From: a virus
Length of the DNA stretch: 64,000 nucleotides
IMG/VR virus record: IMGVR_UViG_3300045988_132725
Strand: one strand, 5' to 3'
Shown here: in pieces, positions 1 to 8,400 of the stretch
Layout: every line of letters starts with the position of its first letter
Position numbering within the stretch: the first letter of the stretch is position 1
Made by a program: the position numbers and the translations under genes
The notes under the pieces: generated by a model
What the model was told of the DNA's origin: nothing
Seen by the model: only the letters and a program-made list of their open reading frames with translations
Databases searched by the model: none

Positions 1-9
1 CGAAAGGCC

Positions 10-108
10 ATGGGAGCAAAGAAGAATTTTGTGTTGGACACGAATGTCATATTACATGACTATAAGTGCATCGAGAACTTTCAGGAAAATGATATCTATA
101 TTGCTTAA
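10..108 (+). pseudogene. 5' stump (32 codons) of a PhoH-like ATPase gene (PIN-domain N-terminus), truncated at the prophage junction
   Basis: ATG at 10. Translation is [32 protein letters not shown]. KxFVLDTNV(I/L)LHD is the first strand plus acidic residue of PIN domains as found at the N-terminus of PhoH/YlaK-type proteins. The frame stops at 106-108 where conservation should continue. Confidence 0.55.
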
Positions 109-241
109 AATCAACTATTTATAATTTTAATTTCTCTCTATATAAACCTTGTTTTTGTGTAAAAATATTCAAGTTTTAGTTACCGTATATTAATTTTACC
201 TCTGTTTTTCATCATATTTTAGCCCATTTATTGATGGTTGT

Positions 242-286
242 TTGCCGAAAAATAACCGAAAAGGCTTCAAAAAGGACTTTCGGCAA
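242..286. repeat. 9-bp perfect inverted repeat TTGCCGAAA / TTTCGGCAA just upstream of the integrase gene (possible recombination or operator site)
   Basis: TTGCCGAAA at 242-250 and its reverse complement TTTCGGCAA at 278-286. CCGAAAA is also repeated in between. Confidence 0.5.
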
Positions 287-312
287 GCAGCTGATAACTA
301 ATAGTTTATAAT

Positions 313-1548
313 ATGATTTACTTGAATCCTTGCGTTCAGAAGAGTAAAAAAAGATCTGATGGATCTTACGTGGGTTATATCTGCTTCACTAGAGAGCGGC
401 AGATGTATATGTATAATACCGGTATTATACTGAAATCCAACGAGGTAACTAAGAATTTGTCTATTAGGAGTTGCCGATCTCTTAATCTTATTAATGAGAT
501 CATGGTTAAGTTCCAAGCTAGGATCAATGATCTTGAGGCTAGGAACTTGATTGGTTGCAAAAGTTTGAGACAAATCGTGGACTTATGCAATGCGGAACAA
601 AAGCATGTCATCGATGTTATAGCCGAGATACTGGATATTGCCAATGAAATAAGCAATGAGAATACTAAGTTCAATTATTTGACCACCAGATCTTCTTTGA
701 TGAAATTCATGGGGACAGATTCTTTAAATATCAACGAGGTGACGTTGAAGTTCCTCAATGATTATACCTTATATCTGCAACATAAAAGAATGTCCCCAGC
801 CTCGATCCGTAATTATATATCCAACCTTAAGGCATCCATTAACCGGATAAGGGCAAAGTACAATAATCCAGAGATTGGAGAGATAGTGATTCCTTACAAC
901 CCTTTCGAGAGATATAAGATGCCTTCCATGCCAATCTCGAACAAGAAAGCATTACCTCCGGAGATTATAAGGATGATCGCAAATATTCCGGATGATACTT
1001 ATTACAATAATCCATCCAGAAGTCTTTTGAATTTTATAAGAGATATGTTTATGCTGTCGTTTTATACAAGGGGGACAAATACCATTGATTTCATGATGAT
1101 GAAAAAATCCAATATGAAAAAAGGTCGGTTGGAATTTGAGCGGACCAAAACCATGAACCGAAGAATGGATAGAGCTTTTACCTCGATAAAGCTAGAGCCA
1201 GAAGCTCTTGAGATTATCTACAAATATCCCGGAGATGGGGATCGGCTCCTGTGTATAGGAGATCGTTTTAGCTCAGAAAGATCTTTTAGAACCGCTATAC
1301 GACAAGGTATGATCGCTCTTCGTGATTATATCGATTATCAAGAGATGTCCTTCTATTCAGCCCGCCATTCATGGGCTACTATAGCAAGGAATGATATTGG
1401 TGCGGATATCGATGATGTAGCTAAAGGTTTGAATCATGCTTCTGCTTTGCCTATAACGGATATCTATATTAAGCCTGATTTGAGTAGGATAGACGAGCTT
1501 AATAGGAAGGTAATAGATTTTGTTCTTTATGAAAGGCTTAATAAATAA
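313..1548 (+). CDS. int: Tyrosine recombinase / phage integrase (Bacteroidota type with N-terminal arm-binding domain)
   Basis: C-terminal ARHSWATIARNDIG...GLNHASALPITDIYI gives the R..HxxR..Y catalytic pattern. N-terminal KKRSDGSYVGYICFTRERQ...NTGI is typical of the arm DNA-binding domain. The gene sits at the element end. Confidence 0.85.
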   Translation: MIYLNPCVQKSKKRSDGSYVGYICFTRERQMYMYNTGIILKSNEVTKNLSIRSCRSLNLINEIMVKFQARINDLEARNLIGCKSLRQIVDLCNAEQKHVIDVIAEILDIANEISNENTKFNYLTTRSSLMKFMGTDSLNINEVTLKFLNDYTLYLQHKRMSPASIRNYISNLKASINRIRAKYNNPEIGEIVIPYNPFERYKMPSMPISNKKALPPEIIRMIANIPDDTYYNNPSRSLLNFIRDMFMLSFYTRGTNTIDFMMMKKSNMKKGRLEFERTKTMNRRMDRAFTSIKLEPEALEIIYKYPGDGDRLLCIGDRFSSERSFRTAIRQGMIALRDYIDYQEMSFYSARHSWATIARNDIGADIDDVAKGLNHASALPITDIYIKPDLSRIDELNRKVIDFVLYERLNK

Positions 1549-1598
1549 GCGATATTGACAAAATCATCTAGTTTTAATAAGTCGTAGTCTTAACGTGT

Positions 1599-1631
1599 GC
1601 CGCCCTGCCTGTGAAAGTGGGGCGGTTTTTG
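1599..1631 (+). terminator. Rho-independent terminator after int
   Basis: CCGCCC (1600-1605) pairs with GGGCGG (1620-1625) and is followed by TTTTT. Confidence 0.6.
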
Positions 1632-1699
1632 TGTTTAACAATATATTGTTATTGATTGAATTTTATCGTGTTAAATTAGTTTATTGATGATTTATTTGT

Positions 1700-1707
1700 T
1701 AATTTTG
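1700..1707 (+). promoter_or_regulatory. Candidate Bacteroides-type -7 promoter element (TAATTTTG matches TAnnTTTG) for the cargo genes
   Basis: Exact match to the TAnnTTTG consensus, ~59 nt upstream of the ATG at 1766. No clear -33 TTTG was seen. Confidence 0.3.
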
Positions 1708-1765
1708 AAAAATCAGTATCAGCAAAGAAAGAAATAACTTGTAAGTTAATCTAAATTGTATAGTT

Positions 1766-2116
1766 ATGGGAAGGTATGAAGATAGGCTATATATTAGGTC
1801 GAATATCGATTATTATAAGGGCGAGTTAGATCGATGTTATAGTGAAATGAACAGTTTAAAAAGTGACATGGAGAGAGTCAGATCAAATATTACTTATTTC
1901 TCAGATGAGATAGAAAGCTTTTATTCAAGGTGGAGTCCTTGGGAATATTGTGATCAGGCTCACATGGATAGCCTTAAAAGTAGTAGGAGATCATATATTG
2001 AGGAAAAAAATCAGATAAAAGAACGTCTTTCTGATTTATTTGCGAAGAAAAATGATATAAAGAACAGATTAGACGATTTATATCGTCAGTTGAAAGATAC
2101 ATATCCAAACCGATGA
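1766..2116 (+). CDS. Hypothetical coiled-coil protein (116 aa), cargo island
   Basis: ORF with heptad-like charged sequence (ELDRCYSEMNSLKSDMERVRSN...KERLSDLFAKKNDIKNRLDDLYRQLK). No recognisable catalytic motif. Confidence 0.5.
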   Translation: MGRYEDRLYIRSNIDYYKGELDRCYSEMNSLKSDMERVRSNITYFSDEIESFYSRWSPWEYCDQAHMDSLKSSRRSYIEEKNQIKERLSDLFAKKNDIKNRLDDLYRQLKDTYPNR

Positions 2117-2323
2117 AAATTGAACTATCTGTTGGATAATATACGATCCAGTAGGTAACGGATCGATATTTCTCATGCGATTACATCTGGAAACGGAAAT
2201 TTTCAAGATTACATGATTAAGATTTATGAACGTCTGGATAGTGTTATTCTGATGCTTTTGTAAGATGTTTTGTCAATATCACTAGATTTTATTTGCTATA
2301 TATGTACTATTAATCTAATTGCT

Positions 2324-2746
2324 ATGATACCAGATAGACAATTTAAAAAATTAGAACACCAGTATAGGAATTATACTGTAGTAATGAATGGCGGAGAACT
2401 AGAAAAGGGATACAAGCCTGATTGTGTGTTACAGAAAGGGCATGATTATGTTATTCTTGAATCAGAATGTTCGACCAATCGTAAGATGTTTATAGGATGT
2501 ATGATAAAGGCGGCTCATTTCTTGCATGGAAATAATACAGGGATTTTAGTTATAGTATTGTCTGAACATTATAATACAAAAGTGGACCAAATAGCAAATC
2601 ATTTAAAGCCATATTATGAATGGATAAAGGATAAAACAAACTTGAGAAAGGTATATATAATAAAAGATGGTGCTTATAGAAAAAATGATACTCTGGTAGA
2701 AATAGAATCAGAAAAGTTTATGGCAGAGGCTATATCTGTTCTATAA
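2324..2746 (+). CDS. Hypothetical protein, possible PD-(D/E)xK-like nuclease fold (weak)
   Basis: Start moved to the ATG at 2324 (MIPDRQF...). KPDCVLQKGHDYVILESECSTNRK loosely fits D...E-x-(K) of restriction-endonuclease-like folds. Not confirmed. Confidence 0.45.
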   Translation: MIPDRQFKKLEHQYRNYTVVMNGGELEKGYKPDCVLQKGHDYVILESECSTNRKMFIGCMIKAAHFLHGNNTGILVIVLSEHYNTKVDQIANHLKPYYEWIKDKTNLRKVYIIKDGAYRKNDTLVEIESEKFMAEAISVL

Positions 2747-2871
2747 ACTTACGATGTATAGGATATATATTTAGCTAGATATTTATGGATATCTTTATAT
2801 CTTTCTCCTCAAAAAACTCATAACATCTCAAATAATTACCTATATTTGGGAAATCCTTAAAAGTAATCACT

Positions 2872-3057
2872 ATGGCGAAAGATCCTGCTCCCTCACAGGT
2901 TACGACCAATGCGTTGCAATCACTTCCTTTCGATAATATTATCGGAGGCCTCTTGGAAGCATGTATAGAGATTCAATCGGAACAAGCGAAAGCTGCTGCC
3001 AAGTTCATGAAAGAGGCTGGGCTTGATCCAGATAAAGAGGCGAAAGAGAAAGAATAG
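2872..3057 (+). CDS. 61-aa protein resembling only the N-terminal part of DUF2589-family proteins
   Basis: SLPFDNIIGGLLEACIEIQSEQAKAAAKFMKEAGL resembles the remembered (G)LP..LIGGPL.A...AQ..LA..T..FI...GF signature. The ORF ends far short of the usual family length. Confidence 0.35.
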   Translation: MAKDPAPSQVTTNALQSLPFDNIIGGLLEACIEIQSEQAKAAAKFMKEAGLDPDKEAKEKE

Positions 3058-3081
3058 TTTAAATCCTTAAATTGATTGATC

Positions 3082-4242
3082 ATGAAAGCGGAGAGACAAC
3101 AGAAAGAGGTTACTTCCCGGGTAATACAGTCACCAAAAGGTGGTGGGTGTATTGTTGATAATAGGTGTATAACTGCAAATCAAGCTAATGCGATATATTC
3201 CATCCAAAAGAAAGATGATAAGTCTAGTTCTACCAATAATATAAGAACGGGAATAGAGTTTTTTTCTGATAATTTATTAGCGAATAGAATAAAAAATAAT
3301 GTAACCCATTTACCTATTCAGAGAGTTGCGCAAGAAGACCTTCCAGTAATATATAATTTGTTACCGTTAGAATATCAATGTCATTATAAGAAAGAAGTGA
3401 CTAACTTTATAGGTGAAACTTCTCGAACGGAAAACCGTACATTACAACAAGTGTGGAATGTTTTAGAGAGAGAAGCTATGCAAAAGGGTAGAACATTACA
3501 TCCAAAACAAACAAAGGAGCAGGTATTAAACACTTTGTCGAATATTGAAGCAGTTGAATACCTAAAGAAGAACGCTAATAAAGTAGTGTCTGAATTTAAA
3601 TCGGACAGACTATTTTTAAGAGGGGAAGGTGAACCATCTCCTTTTATAGCAGGAGGTAAACTAGTTGACTTAAATGTGTCATTTAATGGATTTTCTATTG
3701 GAAAGGGAAAACTTGAGACTATTTTAACAAAAAAGAATGTTTTGCTATTCGCTGCTCATGGTTTTACACATAGTGAAGGTTTGTCACATGTGTTTGATAA
3801 TACCACAAAAGATTATGGCTTTATGTCTGGGCGACGTGCATCTGTAGAAAGGAGTACAGCAACACCTGAATCGTATAAAAAAATGGCCGAGCAGTTAAAT
3901 GCAGATAATGTTAATTTTAGAGTAACAGGAGTCCCAGACCTAGTTGTATATCCTCATTATCCAGATGATGCAATAAGCAAAGAGGGACATTTTTTAATGA
4001 ATGTTGCAGGAGAAATGGATATTGCGATTTTACGGGATTGGGAATATGATGAAAGCACACCAATTGGGAGAGCATTATCAATAGCATTTGTCAATACAAT
4101 ACCGCTGCCATTTATATTAGGCTCTAAACCATTAAATGTTTACAACAAATATTTAATGCAAGTTTGCCGTGCAGATTGGAGTCGGGACGTTCCTGTTTCG
4201 GGGGGTAGTATCAGAGTCTCTCCCTCATTAAATCCATGGTGA
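3082..4242 (+). CDS. Hypothetical 386-aa protein, largest cargo gene
   Basis: Long ORF. The ATG at 3082 is preferred over the TTG at 3076. The N-terminal ~90 aa are low-complexity with IVDNR..IQKK..IQRV elements. The C-terminal ~200 aa are globular with no motif I can name. Confidence 0.55.
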   Translation: MKAERQQKEVTSRVIQSPKGGGCIVDNRCITANQANAIYSIQKKDDKSSSTNNIRTGIEFFSDNLLANRIKNNVTHLPIQRVAQEDLPVIYNLLPLEYQCHYKKEVTNFIGETSRTENRTLQQVWNVLEREAMQKGRTLHPKQTKEQVLNTLSNIEAVEYLKKNANKVVSEFKSDRLFLRGEGEPSPFIAGGKLVDLNVSFNGFSIGKGKLETILTKKNVLLFAAHGFTHSEGLSHVFDNTTKDYGFMSGRRASVERSTATPESYKKMAEQLNADNVNFRVTGVPDLVVYPHYPDDAISKEGHFLMNVAGEMDIAILRDWEYDESTPIGRALSIAFVNTIPLPFILGSKPLNVYNKYLMQVCRADWSRDVPVSGGSIRVSPSLNPW

Positions 4243-4416
4243 TTAATATAATCACGTGTGAGATTTTCGGTCCTTTTTTACCAGTCCCACAAGCCTCCAC
4301 CCCCTCAACCGGAAAAGGCCGTAGCAACCCTGCGATATCGGGGTGTAAAGTGGGCTATATCATGAGCTGTTCTCTCTCAAGTTTGTCGGTTAAGTATCGG
4401 CAATATAGTTAAGGTT

Positions 4417-4451
4417 GAACGTCCACCATTCTAGATATTCGGTGGACGTTC
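4417..4451. terminator. Bidirectional hairpin terminator between convergent genes
   Basis: Perfect 11-bp stem GAACGTCCACC / GGTGGACGTTC with a 13-nt loop and T-rich flanks. It lies between the stop at 4242 (+) and the stop at 4459 (-). Confidence 0.7.
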
Positions 4452-4458
4452 TTTCTTA

Positions 4459-5484
4459 TTATACTTGCCAAGGATTCAAGTAGGGATCGTATGACTTCTG
4501 GAAAGTGGCTACTCCCCAATCCGTAGCTGGTTGGCCGGTATTATCTGTTTTTCTTGGAATCATAGGGTTGATCTTCAACCTATTTGCGTCCTTTAACCAA
4601 GCCATAGAGATCTCGTAATCGTTTGACCTAGTAATGGATACATTATTGGGAGAAATGTTCTTGGTCAGCTCGTAAAGGGCTAATCTGACCATGTGCTTTT
4701 TAATATTCTTATGTCTGGGGTCTTCCAGTACTAAGTTCTTTCCTATCTCTGGAATATCGCTATTTACGTTCAACGTAGGATAGAATACCTTTCCATCGTA
4801 GACCACGAATTCATGTGGCGATAACTCATACCCATTATAGTTTGCGTCATACGGCAATATCTCTCCCCAGCATTGAGGTAACGAGTCTGGCGATATTGTC
4901 TCATCGTAATCGGCCAGCTCATACAGTTGATAGAACTTTCCGTTATAGCTTACCGGATCGTATAGCTGGAATGGGGTAGGAGTCCATTCCGATGGTTCTA
5001 TCCTTTCCCAGCACCTAGATAATGGAATCCTGATATTGCCAAACTCATAGCCATTCTCCTCCAAACATTCGAAAACTATCCCATTGTAACAAACCAAATC
5101 TCCCGGTCGATAGGTCATTAGTTGGGAATAAGGATCAGCGTTGATAAGTTCTTGGATCTCGATTGACTCTTCCCAATAAATTTTGTCGGTGGGAACCTTA
5201 TAGCCACTGATAGAACGGATCACCTTGTAGATATTGTCCTCGTACTGGATATATGCGCCTACAGGATAGTTAATCCTTCTATCGTACTTCCTGATAGCCT
5301 TGCCTTTCATTAACTCGTTCTCTATCTCATAATTCTCCACTAGATTCTCCAATATAGACATCTCTGCGGATTCCTCAGCTTTGATGAATTTATGCTCGTT
5401 TCCCGGTTGAATCATTTGATCTAGGGCCTCCTTGGTGATTATCTCTAAATAATCATTATCCAATAAAAATCTGTTGTTTTCCAT
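4459..5484 (-). CDS. Virion-associated protein with four CBM5/12-like (chitin-binding type 3-like) repeats between connector-like N- and C-terminal segments
   Basis: Four repeats fit the Y..G..V.Y.G..Y........P....W pattern: YPVGAYIQYEDNIYKV...KIYWEE, YRPGDLVCYNGIVFEC...RCWERI, YDPVSYNGKFYQL...QCWGEI and FVVYDGKVFYP. The gene lies directly downstream of terL. Confidence 0.5.
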   Translation of the reverse strand: MENNRFLLDNDYLEIITKEALDQMIQPGNEHKFIKAEESAEMSILENLVENYEIENELMKGKAIRKYDRRINYPVGAYIQYEDNIYKVIRSISGYKVPTDKIYWEESIEIQELINADPYSQLMTYRPGDLVCYNGIVFECLEENGYEFGNIRIPLSRCWERIEPSEWTPTPFQLYDPVSYNGKFYQLYELADYDETISPDSLPQCWGEILPYDANYNGYELSPHEFVVYDGKVFYPTLNVNSDIPEIGKNLVLEDPRHKNIKKHMVRLALYELTKNISPNNVSITRSNDYEISMAWLKDANRLKINPMIPRKTDNTGQPATDWGVATFQKSYDPYLNPWQV

Positions 5485-8400
5485 TTAATAACTGAATTGC
5501 GGTTTAATTGTTGATGTTGTTAATACGGTTCCGGATTGTCCTCCCCGTTGGTATTTTAGCCAGCTTTTTGATAGGAAGGTGCAGAGGACATAGTCAGCGA
5601 CATCTGTGCAATTATGAACCAATATACCATTCGCAAAAAATTCATGCAGATCTTCTACCGTAATGTCATAGACTTTATCTATAATCCTTTCATTTGATTT
5701 CCTTACAAAGAGTTTCTTTTTTTCTTTGATATAATATTCTTGCGTTGATTCTGTTCTTACATCTTCTTGAACAATATTTGACTTTAATCTTACATCTTGT
5801 AGTAAACTCCTTTCCACACCCTTCACATATAATTGTTCTTTCTTCTCCGAATAATGCTTTTTGAGCATGTTCTCTATGCCATTTTCTTCCTTCTTCCGAT
5901 TTGTGCCATTCTGATGCCTTATAGCTGTTTTCAAGAAGGGTTTTAATAGCGATTTCTTTAAGCCTTTCCGATTTATGAATTTGATGATCTGATAGATGAG
6001 TTGATCTTTCTTTGCATTCAAGGTTCGATATGTCATTATTGGAAAAATTCCCATCAATATGGTGGATATGGAACCCCTTTGGGATACTTCCATTATATTT
6101 TTCCCAAACATATCTATGAAGGTATGTTTTTGTGATTTTCTCATTGATATCGACCCACCCTCTATAATATCTTCTGTCAGACTCTTGTTTGGCTTGTTTG
6201 TATCTATGAAATTTGTATCCATCATATATGATGGTTTCTCTGCCTTCTCGCATACTATAAATGTTTTTTGTGTTATCTTATCTATTTCTGTAAAGCCATC
6301 CTCTATTGTATAGAAAGGATGGTCTGGAGTGCAAGTAATATTTGTATCCCCTATGGAGTAATCCTTAACCATTACGTTCTTCCCTGTTACCCCTGAGAAA
6401 GTTACTTTCTTGTATCCTTCTCTTGTCAATACGTAATCGCCAACATTTACATTTTCTATAGGTATTTTTCCCTTCTTAGTGGTTATCATCGTTCCAGCGG
6501 CGAAACAGTGACCATATTTCTCATATCTGACCTTTGTCTTTGGATCAGTGACCTTCTGCTTGTTCTTTGTTCCATCCTCATTTCTGATCTGATAGACCAA
6601 ATCCTCGGTCAATTTCCTGCATCTTAGGTCAATATAAATATTCCACCCATCCAGACCATCGAATAACTCATTGATCCAATCAACACGGTTCTTCTGAGGT
6701 GGTTGCTTGGCTAGTATGTTCTGTTTTGGTCTTAATATGGTGTTATTCATGCAAGACTGGATAATGGTGAAATTGTTTACGCCATCCTCGGTTTGTGTGT
6801 TTCTGGCCAATCCAGCTGGGTCTCCCGTCAATACCACTCCTCCGATATGTTTTGATTCCAATAACTTATCCTTTACGTACTGGGCAAACTTAGGGGTATT
6901 GTTAAGTTTCTCCTCTGGCCTCCCAAGAAATTCCTCCAAAAAATACACGTTCTTATTCTCCCAATCGATTTGTACGGCCTCGCATGTCATGTGCGGAAAT
7001 ACGTTGAAGTCGAATCCTAGGATCAATGGTTTCATCGGATCATATATATTCTCTTTCAAGCTCTGGATCAAATGCTTGTCACCCGAGAAGCTTTTGTATA
7101 GCGCCATTTCATTGGCCTCAACGAAATCCCAGTTTCCATACAGAAGACGTTCCCTTGTTGCGTTATCCTTGATCTTATTCAGCGAAGACTCGTATATCTG
7201 TCGGAAACTCTCATCCGGATTATCGAATATAGAGAACCTAATAAATACCTCGCCATCCCTGCACTTCACAGGATTACCATCATTGTCCTGTACGAACCTA
7301 TCTCGCAACCAACATGCCGCCGGGTTACAAGACAAGAACATCTTGGGAGTCTTGAATGTCTCCGATGTTTTCCAACGAATACGGGAGAACATAACGTCTG
7401 CCGCCCTTTCTGAAATCTCGGATGCCTCGTCAACGAAAACCAAGGTAGCCTCCATAGAACCAAAACGGGAAAAATCCAAGTCCGCTGGAAGATCGGCCAT
7501 CTCCTTCATCATGATAACAGACTCGTTCCAGAAAGTTATCGTTCCCTCTATATTGTTTATGCAGAAATTCTCATCCTCTTTCAATCCCCATTCCTTCATT
7601 ACTTTCTTAATGGTAACAAACGTTGATTCCTTCAGAGACTTGATAGTCTTACGTGCTACCACGGCTCGTATATTGGGGAACCTCATGCAACTGCTCACCA
7701 GCCATGCGCTACCAATATATGAGTTATGGGTGACAAGAAAATCATCGGTGATATATAATTGGTCATCGCTGTCAAGCGTTATGCACCTGCATTCCTTATG
7801 CTCGTCCAACTCGATCACGCTTCGTATATATCTCCTATGAGCTGGCGTGGTTGTCGGTTTTGTCATTTTATTTATCCTTGGATCGAATGAGAAGCGGACG
7901 AAATATTTTATAATTCTACCTTTCCCCTTACTCTTGACTACGGTAGCTATGGCTCCAATACTTCTAAGGATATCCTGTAACTGATTGGCGAATTTCTCCG
8001 ATCGGCTCATGAACTCATATTTGCCGGTACTCCTTATAATTACTTCCTTAAGCAATCCTCTCAAGAAATTTTTTCTGTCCTCAAGGCTGGAGATGACCAG
8101 TTCTTGCGGGATCTCGGTGCGATTTGATCTTTTGAAATTATTAGGATCAGGCATGATGTTTCTGATGTAATACCCCCAAGAGTAAGCGGTCATATAGTTA
8201 TCGAACTTATCACCGAACTCTTGCTCGGTTACAACAGGGAGAAAAGCCAAGTTCCCATTTCTTAATCTCTTTCTGATGGTAGCCGTATCCATTATTCTCT
8301 CGTCAAATCCACCTCGAACCCATGCCCTGTCTCTTTTTTTGTAATACACCTTCCATAAGTGATCATCACAGCATTCGGTGGAGCACCCATCACTGGTAAT

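Noticed and set aside
3700-4200. Caspase-like / clan CD peptidase in the 386-aa cargo protein (LLFAAHG ... LMQVCRA resembling the HG and QACRG motifs)
   Set aside because: The His-Cys spacing (~137 aa) is far larger than in clan CD enzymes and no other supporting motif is present. It is kept only as an unknown.
5690-6253. Out-of-frame HNH ORF as a sequencing or assembly frameshift artefact
   Set aside because: An artefact that moved the HNH domain out of frame would break the terL frame. Instead, the terL/intein frame stays open across all ~188 codons and resumes perfect intein blocks F/G. Both frames are therefore genuinely open.
6707-7840. 377-aa plus-strand ORF, and many other long plus-strand ORFs antisense to minus-strand genes (e.g. 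12001-12315, 16593-17096, 18695-19198, 24748-25158, 26323-26805, 30663-31055, 52267-52713, 52942-53367, 57862-58344, 60546-61082)
   Set aside because: They lie entirely inside well-supported minus-strand genes with clear motifs. Their translations are low-complexity Ser/Leu/Phe-rich shadow sequences without motifs.
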